Program-made: the position numbers and the translations under genes | The notes under the pieces: generated by a model | What the model was told of the DNA's origin: nothing | What the model saw: only the letters and a program-made list of their open reading frames with translations | Database searches by the model: none | Assembly (NCBI GenBank): GCA_964247055.1 | Contig: OZ176053.1 | Coordinates: 1,364,001 to 1,428,000, forward strand | Source: Paragordius varius | Taxonomy: Eukaryota; Animalia; Nematomorpha | DNA length: 64,000 nucleotides | Direction: 5' to 3' | Shown: in pieces, positions 1 to 13,699 of the stretch | How positions within the stretch are numbered: position 1 is the first letter of the stretch | Layout of the letters: every line of letters starts with the position of its first letter

Positions 1-69
1 GAATTTTAGCTTACATGTCAGAGGCCATGTATGATATTTTTTGTTTTATTAGTTATATTTTTAAAAATA

Positions 70-220
70 TGGAGATCCCTTAGTTTGGTTACAAACTCTG
101 GTGTTGTGTTGTATATCTGTGCAAGTTTATGGATTGAATGTCTTGTAATTATTGAATCTGATCTGAGTATCGTAGCTTAGACCTTCCACGTTTCCTATCC
201 CTTTCGACTGGGCCTAACGT
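70..220 (-). mobile_element. RTE-clade non-LTR retrotransposon 3' fragment
   Basis: Minus strand reads LGPVERDRKRGRSKLRYSDQI, matching the RTE/BovB C-terminal pattern LGKIEGRRRRGRQRMRWLDGI. An in-frame stop follows. Confidence 0.55.
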
Positions 221-1884
221 GGTTTTTTTTTTAATACCCTTCATATAAAATACAGATATGGCCTATAATAGTGCTCCTTATTTTTTATTTATCCATTTCA
301 TGTTCTTTATGTTACCAAATAAATGTTTTCTCTATAAAACACGTCTATATAATACAATATAAATTTGATGCCGCACTGATATCAGCCCCTTAGAATATTA
401 AATTAATTAATGTTTCCCATTCAAATATTAGGAACATCATTTAGATATTATATGCGAATTTTAAATGAGAAATCTCTGGAGCTCTCGACAGAATTAAATT
501 ATTAAAAAAATTAATTTTATACGCGCTGTTACCTTTTCCGTTATGGCCCAATATTCCACAAAGAATCCATGAATTGCTAATTACAATGTAAAATGTATTT
601 ACCGTTTTTTATAAACACTAATTTTGGTGAAAGATTTTTAAAATTATTATCGCACCTTTGGCTTTGTCGACCGTATTTTAATCAAAGTTGTTTTAGGGGC
701 CTCAAAAACTATGAAAATCACATCGCTTAAGTTTTTAATTAACTCAAAAACTATTTTAATTTTAAACATCTAAGTTTTTCCAAAAAATAAGTACCATACG
801 CCAGATTTTTTGATTTTGACAAATAACTAAAACATTGCAATATTTTTTGACAAATCCTCAAAAAATAACATAGACGAATTCTTATAGTTTAATTCAGTTG
901 TGCTCATCAAATAATTTTGAAGGGCCGAACAAAATATTATTTTTGTCTCAAGGGCCACAAAACAAAACCGACAAATATTGCATGGCTTCATGTGCAGATA
1001 GTTATAATTTAAATTAGTACACCAAGATTTTTGCCGGTTATATATAATGACAACTAAAAATGGGCATTTTTATACCCAATTTTTGACAATTTGGTTAGCG
1101 TAACAAGGTAATCTAATGTCATCTCCCTATGGCTTCTAACATATTTCATTTTTAGCCAGAATAACTTAAGCACATTATATATTTTAATATTTATGGCCAT
1201 CTTGCCAAAACTCAATACTAACCCTTGCGATTCCCTTTAAATGTTTCTTCTAAGTTAGAATAAAGATCGATAAATTCTTCAACAATATTTGATGAAAACC
1301 CATAAGTTTCAAAGAAAGTCGGAAATTCTTCCATAAAATATAATTATATACTCTAATTACCAGATCCAACACATTTTTAAATACATAAAAATAAATTAAT
1401 ATCACAATCATTTTTTTTATTCATTGTAAGCAACCAAAAAAGATTGTCAAGGGCCATAAAAAGCACTTTTAGGGCCCACGGTTGGGGTATCATTGGATAA
1501 TCAAGAAATGCATATTTTAAATATTGGGTCACAGGGTAATATTTTCGAAAAAAAAACGTTGGGTAAATACATATTCATAATAGGTAATATAATGCTCGAT
1601 CCTCTCTCAACAATATTAACCATTTAATTTAACTTATATTGTAATGCCTTAATTACTTAAAGCAAAAATTAAGTATGTCAGTTATAACCTTTAGAGATAG
1701 GGAATTATCTAATTCAAATACAATTCATTGATATCCAAATTTGAAAAAATAATTTATTCGGTATAATTATCGATATTAAAACATTAAAATGATTGAATAC
1801 CCTGAAGATGGATTTTAAACCATTAAATTTAGAGCAAAGTATCGAACAAAATTTGTAATAAAAAAACTTTTGGGCGATTATACA

Positions 1885-4800
1885 TTAACGAGGTGGTGGT
1901 GGTCGAGGACCGGGCGGGATGGGTGGAGCGTTAGCGCGCGGAGGACCGGGTGGGCGAGCTGCCATTCCCGGAGGAGGGGGAGGAGGAGGGCCTGGTCTAG
2001 CGCCCATCCCTGGAGGGCCAGGAGGAGGAGGACCCGGTGGTCTAGCTGCCATGCCTGGCGGTGGGGGAGGGGGAGGAGGAGGTCCTCGCATGGGACTCGC
2101 TGCTCCCGGTGCTCTTGGAGGCCCAGGTGGAGGCATGGGAGGAGCGCCGCGAGGTGTTCCGCCTCCTGGGGGAAGCATGCCTGGGGGGCCTGGTCGAGGA
2201 CTGCCCATAGCGCCTGGTGGAGGGCCCGGCATTCTCATTCCTGGTGGGGGAGCAGCGCCCGGAGGCATGGGAGGAGGGGGAGGAGCCCTTGGCGACAATC
2301 CTGAGGGGCGAGGCGGCGGAGCTCCTCCAGGTGGAGGAGGGCCAGCTCTCGGCGATGCTTGAGCGCCAGGCGGCGGAGGGACAGGAGGAGGAGCTCGAGG
2401 CGAGGCCCCAGCCGGACGAGGAGGTTGCATTCCAACTCCGGGTGGAGGAGGTGGAGCTCTTGGGGATGAAGGCGCCCCTACTGGCATTCCAGGTCCAGCA
2501 CCAGCTGGTGGTGGTGGAACAGGTGGTTTCTCTGTCACTGGCGGAACTGTTGCTGGTTTATCATCTGGTTTAGTAGTTTCAGGTTTGATACCTATAAATC
2601 AAATGATATCTTATAATTTAAAATATTAATTACACCCTAAGAGTTTTCCTGAATATTTTGTCAATCGATGTTGAACGTGTTTTAGGTACTTTTTAATTTG
2701 GTTCATTTAATCGAAAAACCATTATTTAAAAGCCTATAATCTCTTTAAATGTTTATTAAGTAATTCATACTACGCTCCGGATGTTCAGTACTTCCTAAAT
2801 TTATCTAAATCAATAAATTGGGGTTATATGTAAAAGAATAAACAAAAATTTAAATGAGCTAGAGGCCTAGTCTGTGTATTTTGGCTATAATTTATAAAAA
2901 ACATGGTGGAGATAGGATTAAATAAATATTTTAAAATATTTATACGTATCGCAAAACGGTCAATAAACAAATATTTTTAAATGTTCGTGTTTCATGCGAA
3001 CACCTAAGGATACATATAAAATATATAAGTTCGGATTTTTAACAAAATTTAACCATTTCTAAAAATAATCCAATTTAATTTGACATACCGATGCCAATAT
3101 ATAATTAAAAAAACTTCAATTATATATTTGTTTGCTATTTTATTATATTTGGCATTTACATTTTCTTCGATGCCATTTAAACCTCAATTTTGGGTTTGAA
3201 AGTCCATCAGTACTCTATCGAAATAATTACATTAATCTAAAATCATAATATTTGACAACCTTGATTTAGTATAAATCATGTAAAATTGAAAAGTTGGTTC
3301 TTTTTAGAATGGTATATAGTTTAATTTACTTTGATTTATAAACATTAAATGATATGTATTACATTTTGCCAAAAGTTACTTAAAACACGTCTAACATAAA
3401 ATTTTTATCCTCACACGTTGATGCCGCTAAAGTTACGAACAAAAAATTAACAAAACAGATATTTAATAATGTCGATTAAAATTATGTATCGATGATAGTT
3501 AGCGTATACTTATAATTTTTAATTGTAAGCAATTCTTTGAGTATGTCTTGAATGTATTTATGCATTGTAACAATATATTTACCTTCAGCATCTTTTTTGG
3601 GAGAGGAGTCTTTTTTATCATCGGCAGATTTTTCTTTGTCGTCCTTCTTTTTCTCGTCCTTTCCTGCGTAAAGGGAAATCAAAAAAGCATAAAATTTTTC
3701 AGATTGTTTTTTAACATAGAAGTAAAAATCGGCATATAAAAAACATAAAACTACACGTTTTAAAAAACCAAACCTTCATCTTTCTTTTTATCTTTGGGTT
3801 CTTCCTTTTCTGCCTTTTTCTTTTTGGATTTAGAAGAAGATTTGTCATCCGCTTCAGTAGTACTTCCCTCATCGTCATCTCCTGAAGTGTCTTCCCCACC
3901 CGTTTCTGTTCCGCCCGACGATTTCTCCGAAGACGATTCCGATTCAGAACCGGCTTTTTTCTTTTTATCTAACAACATCCAATAGAGCAAATTGTGTTAT
4001 AAATAAAATTATATATCCACAAAAACAAAAATTATCATTTAGCAAGAACCTTTTTTCTTGGTATCTTTTGTTTTTTTGGCTGCGGCAGCTGCTTTTTCTT
4101 TTTTCTTATCGGGTTTGACTGTTTTGGCAGGAGTAGATTTCGATTTTGCTTCGGCTGCTTGCTTTGGTGCTGCGGGACTTTTAACTTGGCTCTATATCAA
4201 ACATTATTCATTATTTTTTTATAATTAATTAATTTGTTAAACAGCTTCATAATATGGCAAATTAGATAATTATGTGAGTAGATGAATATATATAATATAA
4301 TTTATCAATTACTCTGTATTAATTAATGAGCTTACTTTTTTGGTAGTTGGGACGGCACTTCTCAGCTTCTCTAGCTCTGGGCTAGGAATGGCATTGATAG
4401 TTGCCTCAATTAAATTTACATCTATAGAAATATTGCACATATTAAACCCAAACTCGATTTTTATATGAATATAAAATAAATTCGGGTAAACCGATACACA
4501 ACCTTGAACAGTCTCTTTAAGTTTTTCAACGCACTCTTGAATCGCTATAACGAAATTCATAACCTCGTCACAAACTGCTCCCTCCATATTCTCATTCGTG
4601 TTAACATTTAAATTTCCTGGTCCACTAAACGATTGCAATGTGCCAGAAGAGGGAAACAATTGTTTTAACATTGATTGACGCATTCTAGGATCGGGCTGGC
4701 TTTGCAACTAGACGTTTCCGTAAAAATATTTAAAACTACAGTAAAAATTGAAATTACACCGACAAAACATAAAAATTTAAAGACAAATATTTTTTTCTAA

Positions 4801-5326
4801 AAGACAACCATACTTTTGAAAACCCTAATGATTCCCATATAAGCTACTTAGTTATAATTGTAAAAAATAGAATTGATTGTGTTTAATATACATCTCTATT
4901 TCACCCTTTACCATTTATGAGTTATATTAAAATAAATCAAGATTTAGAAAGTATGGTTTGTCTTTTAGAAAAAAATATTTGTCATTTATTTTTACGTCTT
5001 GTCCGTATAATTTCAGTTTTTACTGTATCTTTTTATCATAAATTATTCAGATACTATTTATTTTTACCCCAAAAGCTTTAGTCCCTTATTGGATTAAAAA
5101 AAATCTCGTAAATACCTTCCGCCAGATATCATTTGCCACAATGCTGACCTGATTGGCATCATAATAAGGATATTGTTGCTTAACCAGGCGCGAGATTTCA
5201 TTCATATCCTCAGAAACTGGAGGGGTTGTTCCATACCCCTGAGGGTTTCCCACTAGCGTTCCAACTTGGGTGGTGAAAGGAATTGGCTGCTGAATCATAG
5301 AGGTTGCTTGTTGACCTCCTGCTCCT
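1885..5326 (-). CDS. Orphan multi-exon gene (3' part): globular region, K/S/D/E-rich linker, C-terminal Pro/Gly-rich tail
   Basis: Phase-consistent GT-AG exon chain: 5326-5116, 4707-4336, 4191-4050, 3968-3774, 3663-3583, 2591-1885 (stop TAA). Reads ...GAGGQQATSMIQQPIPF...WRK|LQSQPDPRM...PTTKK|SQVKSPAAPKQ...KKK|DKKKKAGSESES...KKDE|GKDEKKKDD...KDAE|GIKPETTKPDDKP...PRPPPPR*. The first exon starts at a phase-2 acceptor, so the 5' end lies further upstream. No family recognised. Confidence 0.8.
4739..5025. mobile_element. Tc1/mariner-type MITE (CAGTAAAAATTG TIR family), intronic
   Basis: Imperfect TIRs of about 85 bp (cagtaaaaattgaaattac...aagacaaccatac and its reverse complement), 287 bp long, TA on both sides (4737-4738, 5026-5027). 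Confidence 0.85.
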
Positions 5327-8300
5327 CTAAATTAAAAATATTTTTCAAAGATTTCATTCTAAGATATATTGGCTCGACATTGCCCATGTTTAATAAACCA
5401 AATTTTTATACTTCGATCGATTCATATAAATTTTAAACGCATTTGGGTTCAAACTACTTTACAATCCCGAATAGCTACATTTTATATTTTTTTATAATAT
5501 AACTTACACCTAACCGTACAATATGGCGTAACAACATTTACGAAATAACAAATCGACCCCGATCTTAGCTCAACAACATATTGCCATAAAAACTGGATTG
5601 TATAAAATTTATTTAAAAGTTAAAGTTTGAGGTGAGACTTTAATATTTAGTAAATGATTAATTCGTGTGTAGCGACAGAGGAATTAACAAATAAATTATG
5701 GTGTTTATAATTATAATTTTTTAAAATAGAGGGTAAGGCTTCATTCGTCATTTATGTAATAGACATTTTAATTAATAAAAAAGTGTGAATTTAAATAATA
5801 CTATGTCTGCAAAAAATTATTGTAGCTTTAAGATGTCAAATAAAAGAAAGAAATTATGGTAACATTTTGATGTCATATAATTCATTAGTTACGTTTGACA
5901 AAGATTACTTGTAGTAATCGAAATATTATATTATAATAAATTATATAATTTTTGCTGATTGATTCCATATATAATTAAACCTAAAAAGGATTTTATATTA
6001 AAATCTCATAAAATATGCTCTTTAAGGTTTTCTACTGATTGTCTTTATAAAAATCTGAAAAAAATTGAAAAAAGTTTATTTTTTGAGTGTCGTTGTAAAA
6101 TTTTTTAATTTTTAAATCAATAATTTTAAATTGATTTTCATAATTTTAATATTTTTTATTATTTTTCATCATATTCACTTAATCATTTATTCCCTTTATA
6201 CTCTGAAAATCGTTAGAATATCACTAGTTTTTGGTAATCATCAAGTGAAAGAGCTCTGTTTCCTAAAAACAGTCCATTTTTAACATAGCAATACCCATAT
6301 TATTGGAGTTATAAATTTACAAAATATTTGGAATTAATAAATGTTTTTTTATTTATTTAGTGAAAGAGTCATATTTCTGAAAACCACGCCATATAGCAAT
6401 ACCCATATTATTGCAGTTATAAATTAAGTATTCGAAAATATTTGCAATTGGTAAACTTCGGTGGCTCATACATATATTTCTAATATATATAATGCATCCT
6501 AAACAGAGTTCAACAGGAATTTAAGTGATGTGAGTTTAAGTTGTCTTCGTGAAAAAATTTAATTTCTCGAATAAAATATATTGTGATATATTTATATGTG
6601 CTTTCACCAATGGCAGATACATTTAAGTTAAATTTGTCCATGTATTTCAACAATTTTTTGTTTTTACAAATATTAGCACAATTTAACAGCAATTTTAGCA
6701 GTCAAATATAGTGTTTTAATCAAATAAAATAGTTTATATAATATCGATACTTATGTCTTGATTTACATTAATTTAAATGTGGCTCTTCGGAATTTTGAGG
6801 TCGAAAATGTGGCTCAAGCCTGCTTTAAATATTTGTATATATAAATTATCGAAGTTATTTGAAGCGTTTTTCGTGTTTTTATTTCTTACAATTAAAAATT
6901 AACAGTTAATATTAACAAAACATATAATGTTGAGTTGCCTTTAGATCCTAATTAGGTCGTTCACAGCTGAATTCACACACAGAATGCATTGATGCCAGTA
7001 AGATATAGGTAAAAACAATAAAATATTTAAATTAAAGCATTTTTTTATTTTGCTTATTTAATGGACCTAATACACGCTCTGCATAACTAATTGACCAACA
7101 ATAATGTGAATAGGCCGGCATAAATGTGCATACTGATTTTATAAATTTGGAATTTGCACTTATATAACATGTTGCCAAAATTTAAAAAAGCTCCTATTAT
7201 GAAAAATATTCCTTATTTTAGTCTTAAATCGGAAAAAAATTATATAGCATTTAATTTTAATATAGCTGTTTTTTCTACTCTAGTATTGCATAATGTATTT
7301 AATAAAAATGATAATATAGTCTCAGAACCCAAAGTTACAAAACGCATAAATTTCTTGATATGATTATGAAAAGTAATGTCTATCTTATTATTAAAATTAG
7401 ATTATTTTTATTAGGTAGAAACATATGTTTCAATTGGGACCACCTCTTTTATATTTTAAAAATATATACAATTTAAATTTCGCTCAAATAACCAATAACC
7501 ACCCAAATTAAGTCATAATAAAATTGAAAAATAAACAATCAACTGTTTATCATGTTTTTTATCATTTTAAGATTCAAAAAAATAGCAAATCTGGTTATTA
7601 ATAGTTCATCTCTTGAAACATTTACGTTCATAAAAGCCTTATTTCGAAAGAAGCACGCAATACAAAATTTAGCCTCGGCGCCCTAAATGCTTGCTCTACT
7701 AGGTAAATTGTTAGAAATCGGATACAAGACATACTTTTCTTCATTATATTCAATAGGGAGGAGAACATTAACCAATTATCAAAAATTAAATTTAGCGCCA
7801 AAGCCTTAAAGTTTTTAAAGCACACACAAAATAAATTAAAATATCATTAACACTTATAAAGAATTTTATAAAACAATGAGAAACATTAAACATATACCTG
7901 AAGTTAAGAATGAAAATGAAAAAACTACAAAAAAATTAGAATAAAATGTTCCACAATATAATTATAATTTAAATTGGTCTTACATTAATTAATTAATTTT
8001 TAAAGCTATCCCCCTTGGAAAGCTTGTCTATTTCTAGATGAAGCCTGATGGTGAATATCTCTTTACAACCCAAGCAGTCTTTCGGACAAAACCGATATGT
8101 CCAACTTACTATATGTAAAAAGGTAAATTATTATAAAGGCCAGCTAAAGTCCGTAAATAGATTATGGGCACTCGGATCGGTAAAGCTATTTCAGCATCTT
8201 ATAAATAAGATACTTTAAGGAAAGTCTGAAATTAAAAATATGTGGACCAGAGATAATATTAATGTCAAGCGGTGTATTTAAATTACAATTTTTTAAAAAA

Positions 8301-9148
8301 TATCACAAAGTTATTGGTACAATGTTGAATTGTGTAAAATACATAAATCAGTTTAAATAAAATAGACAATAAGGGAAATTAATAAATTTTCATTTTTTAT
8401 ATAATAAACATTTATTGTATGGATAAAAGGAACTATACAAACAAAGGGAATTTACAAATACACAGATTAATATTTACAACGTTTGTTTTTAAAAACAAAC
8501 AAGCTTGCCAACCAAAAATAGAGATGACAGCAAAATTTTATATGTCTTCAAATTTTTATTCAAATCTTGTGTCCTAACTTATAAAATTAATCACTATCCA
8601 ACTATTGAACAAATTATGTGAACTATGCAATAATCTATTCCCGAAATTCCTTTTTTTAATGCATAATATGTCCTCAAATATCCAATTAGTGTTACATAGT
8701 GCCTTATGGGTAAATGCCAATGTATGTCAAATATTCCGTCTTTATAAACATAAAGTTGCATTAATACGTACTGTTATTATAAAAACTGCAAGGCAATAAT
8801 TTAAATACTATATTTATCCGCATTTGTTGTTTATACTCAATGATACATAAAGAGTGCTCCGCTCAAAATGAAAATGATTAAATACTTGTGATGCAGTTTT
8901 TATATGGTGAATGAAAACAATGTGGCAGACAAGACAGCTCATTTTTTTACATAACCACTACAGTCTGAAATTATATAAAATTAAGCAGCTAACTTTACAC
9001 CAATAATATAAAAAACTTGCTGGTTTTAATGTAATTTTTGATTCTAGATCATAATAAAACTTTATTTGCAAGTTCCAGTGCCAAAATAACTAAAAAATAT
9101 TTGGCGACAATTTAAGATGATGATTCTTTACAATTATTATATTTTTTT

Positions 9149-11715
9149 TTAAATATTTTTGATGAATGCATCAAGGTTGTTTTCATAAAACAGCTCAATA
9201 CCATGGGCACTTTCAAGATATTCACCATAATTGTGATATAAACTCGTCAAAGTGTATTAAAGGTTTCACAAGTTAAAACTCTCATTCGAATAATGACCAA
9301 ATAATATTACTTGATGCTGCCTGTAGGATGTAGAGGTATCATTGAATCCCATTCTTGGAAACTGATTTCTCCTCTGGCCATCGTGTCGTAAATGTTGTTT
9401 AATTTCGCAATCAGTTCTGCTTTCGGCATTTCTGGGCTCGCAGATCGCAAGCGAATCATAAATCTGATGGTCTGCCTCAAAATAAAATATATCGATTGAA
9501 TTTCCAATTTTTTAAATTAAATCATTTATTTTATAGTATTGCTCGTAATGTAAACACAAACAATTATAAAATTACCTTGGCAAAAACATCAATATTCAAT
9601 GGTTCGGATTTCATATCTATTTATATTATATATTTAATAATAATTATTAATTTTATATGAGGTATAAAACTAGTTCCAAACGGTTATTGAAGTATTATTT
9701 AGGGCAGAGTTATTCCAACTTCCAGCAACCGATTCCGGTTGTTAAAAATATTTTATCTTACGAATAAATTTCAAATTAATTAAATGTTTACACTTCTATA
9801 TATATTCCAACTATTTAAAACTTTCATTTTTGGCAACACGGATCAATTATAAAACAGTTTTTATAATTCATTAGCGCATGGTTCTGATTCCCATGAAATA
9901 AATATATTTTGCATTTATGTTATAATTCGCATCGCTATTTTGCTAATGATAGTTATACGGAATTGATGCCGTATAAGAGGAGTAAATGTGAATATTAAAA
10001 AACTTTATTAATTGAATTAGAAAAGTGTGCCAGTTTGGAAAGAGTGCTTCAAAACACGCGTTTTAAACCCGAAAAATTATCTCAAAGTCAACATTTAACA
10101 TTTAAATTTGAATATATGATTATTTGTTTAGTAGAATAATTTAATTAAATGAGTACGTAACTAAAAAAAGCTCAATTGCAAAACTTAAAGTTACTATACC
10201 CCGACATGATTTCGACGTTCTTTCATATCTTATTTCTAATCTAACACAATAATTTTGTCAAAATAGGGTCATTAGAATTAATATTTTACATATTTTTAAT
10301 TTATTTAGAGTATATAAAATGGCCAACGAAATTGATATAATAAATTTTGTATTCAAAGAAGTTGGATTTATTAGGAATATATAGGCTTTCGAGTGCATAT
10401 ATATCCATGACATATAAAATTTAGTACAAATACCAGAAATATTGGTTAGGAAATTTTATATATATATTTTATCTGTTTCAACAACCATATAAAGTATTGA
10501 CTTTAATATACAAATCAAAAGACTATTAATGCTTTAGGATCTATTTCTTGTTCTGATAATTATTAAATTGTAAAAATATAATAATAAAAATACTTGTTCC
10601 CATATGTGCGTTTTTCCTTCCTTTATTCCATTGGGAAAGATATTCGTCCAAAAATGGTTGATTTTCTAACAAGAAGCGAACGAACACCATAAAATTATTA
10701 AAATAAAACAAGTTTAATATGTTTTAAAGTAATACCAGGCTGTTCCATCATACGTTGATAAAGTGCAGTAGCCAAAGTATCGACCTCGGCCCTGCTTAAG
10801 TCAGGAGCGATATGTCGGATCTTCTCAACTAATTTGTCCAAAGCGTCCCGTTTCGCATCAAAGACACCAACGAATTGAGTTGAGTTGTTTAATTTTTGTG
10901 AAGGGACCGAGTTATGCACATCAGAATCTGTATGTTTGATACGCATTATTTGATGTATAATAATTGCACATGATGCATCGCCCTTCAACTAAATATAAAT
11001 CTTATATAAAATTGTTTTCATCAATTACTCCAAAAACATAGAGTTCTGCAATAAATGTTATAATCAAACCATTTTCTCAAAGGGCAAATACGATGCATTT
11101 AATGGTTATACCTAAATTAAAGTAACATCACAAAATACTAATAATAAATATCCATTTTAAATTTTAAGGTTAGCAAATACAGTAAAATTGAAATTATACG
11201 GACAAAATGTACAAATTAAAGGCAAAATTATTTTCTAAAAGGTTGGAAACAATGAATGAGTTTTATTTAAAAATATTAATGTTATAAAAAGTATGGTTCT
11301 CCTTTTGAAAAAAAATGTTTATCTTTATATTATCACGTTTTGCCCGTATAATTTGTCAATTTTTACTGAAAAAAGGAGTGTCGGAAATCGGATATAATGG
11401 CTATTCAAACATCATTGCCTCGAATGAATATAAGGCAAAGAATATATACTTTGTAATGGTAAACAACGGATTGGTTATGTTTTGTAATAACAGTTGTTAA
11501 AATCCGTAATATAACGATAAAGGATAATTAAATAGAATTAAATGAAATTATAAATAGAAATTATAAACGATATGTAAACCGAAAATAGGAGTGTGTCCTG
11601 TTTCCCCCATCAAATATTCCATGGTGCTCGTAGCCTGTTTCATTGCCCGTGCACTGTCATTCACGCATTCCAACGTTTCTTGCAAAAGTTGTTCCGGAAT
11701 ATTTACATCATACAT
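9149..11715 (-). CDS. Orphan multi-exon gene (possibly the 5' half of the 1885-5326 gene)
   Basis: Phase-consistent exons 10988-10736, 10665-10594, 9616-9576, 9471-9311, 9242-9149: LKGDASC...MMEQP|ENQPFLDEYLSQW...MGT|NMKSEPLNIDVFAK|TIRFMIRLRS...TGSI|NLYHNYGEYLE...IKNI*. A candidate first exon 11715-11580 (MYDVNIPEQLLQETLECVND...HTPIF) has a phase mismatch with the next exon that I could not resolve. Confidence 0.6.
11180..11368. mobile_element. Internally deleted copy of the CAGT-TIR MITE
   Basis: Begins ta|cagtaaaattgaaattatacggacaaaatg and ends ttgcccgtataatttgtcaatttttactg. Confidence 0.75.
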
Positions 11716-12049
11716 TGAGACAATTGGATATTTTTAATATATGATAGCGCTGACCAACAGCTTTTATGTTTAAGTATTTAGAACTTTAAATATTCTATAA
11801 CAGTGGTAATTACTAAAATAATTTGACAGGCCAAATAAAATATATTTATATTTTGAGAGCCGTGAACCTTATAATCGCAAATATTCCATGGCTATTTGAC
11901 ACACATGCACATATTTATAATCTAAATAAGCAAAATGAATTTTTTGCGGATCGCATTTAAATCTAGTTAAAAACTCGTTTTGCACCATTTAGTTAAAAAA
12001 ATAATAATTTTGATAATTTTTGATATTTCTTTATCCTTGAAACCTGAAT

Positions 12050-12330
12050 TTCATCTCATTGGATAAAAATGATTGATTGTCTATTATTTAATTAATCTCC
12101 GCAGTAAATTCCATATCTTCTTGAATCGTTTTAATTGTTGGAAAATATCTGGGAGAAAGCTATGGACATGAGCACATTTTTTTTATATTTTTATTATTTG
12201 GCACATCTTTCCAAAACTCTCTTTCTTCTCTACCATTTCTTTGAATATAGCCTCCAAATTGGAATCATTTTTTAAATCTATGAATTTTTAAATGATGTGC
12301 GCCTTATCAAAACCGAAATGTTCAAATTGC
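12050..12330 (-). mobile_element. hAT (Charlie/Buster-like) transposase C-terminal relic
   Basis: Reverse-complement similarity to 21200-21520; reads FWKDVPNNKNIKKCAH-like; disrupted. Confidence 0.45.
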
Positions 12331-13699
12331 TTAATAATGGATATATCCATAAGCCATGGATTTTCAACGAGATTTTTCTTTCTAGTATAATTCCTTATTT
12401 TTATATTTTTCGTTTCTTTCCTCATGATTTTCTGGTGATGGATGGTAAAATGTCTTTCAATATTTCATTTTTTATAATTATATTGTCTTTACATATATGG
12501 CAGACAACATTTTTATTTACGACAAAGAATTTTTCTTCTATTCTTTTTTAAAGGAGCGATTTTTATCGGATAATTTACGTTTTTTAGCAGTAGATGTTAT
12601 CCTTTGAATTTGTGTTTAAATATTATGAAATTTTTTTAAAAAAAATAGGAATATAATTTGAATCATGCTGCAAAAAAACAGGTCGAAATTTAATGATGTT
12701 GATTTAAAAAATATTATTTGGGAATGAGTTATAAAAAATGATGGGGGATACCAATAAAAAGAATACGTATATGCAAGTTTGGGTGAAAGGCTTGCTTAAA
12801 TACAAAAAAGGAATGCAATAAAAAGTTCAAAATAGAAAAGAAAATAGAATACAGAACAGAAACAAAGTGTGCCTAAATTTTGAGATCATTTCATTTAAAA
12901 TTGGGAATAAAAATTACCAAAATTGAATCTAAAGAAATATTCTTTTATGTGCATTTTAAAAATTCATCAATAAAAACATAATTTAAGTATCAATATGGTC
13001 ATAGGGCAATTTTAAAGCACTCTTAGGGCCGCGGTTTTAGTACCAATGTTCTATAACAACACAGTTTTTATACCATAATAACATTTGATAAACGCATTTG
13101 AAGTATGGTAATGGTGTAAAACTGTACAAATAACATGGAGATAGAAAATAAAATACTCGGTAGTTCTTAAAAAATAATACCACAAACAAAATAAAGTATG
13201 GTATAGTTGGGCACACGGCTATAGCAAAATTTGGAATATATATTGACTGGTAAAGTAATGGAAAAATATATCGGGGCTCTTGAAAAATACTTGGACAGAT
13301 AATCTTTATCACAACTCAAACTTTTGATTATTTCTCTTACATCAAATATTTGCACACATATTCCTGGTAAAAGCTATAAATCGAGACTTGAACTCCATAC
13401 TCTACATACCATATTAGGGCTATAATACTTGAAAACACAATTCTAAATTATGTTTAATATTTTACAACCAAATAAGGGAAAAAACTAAAAAGCTTTTAAT
13501 TATATATCCATCACTAGAATTGGCATTTTTATATAACCAATCACTTGGTTAAATCTAGTCATGAAAACCTATGAAATTTCATTTTTTGTAATATAAAAAT
13601 ACCATCATCATTCTTATCTAATAAATGAATAAACGAATGAAAGTCAGGGTAGTTGATTTGTATAAATTTAAATTTCATGGGCAAGTTTATTGTAGACTA

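Noticed and set aside
1885-2538. Formin or WASP assignment for the poly-Pro exon
   Set aside because: The tract ends at the stop codon with no FH2, WH2 or acidic domain, and no GBD/FH3 or WH1 is recognisable upstream.
1870-2573. Plus-strand ORFs (Trp/Arg-rich, Gly-rich, Glu-rich) and minus ORF 2235-2435
   Set aside because: Antisense or alternative-frame shadows of the GC-rich poly-Pro exon. Only the minus-strand Pro frame joins the upstream exons in phase.
4040-4050. Intron-retention C-terminus KKKGSC* as a lipidation signal
   Set aside because: Not a CaaX or CC/CXC motif, and a phase-compatible donor and acceptor continue the frame.
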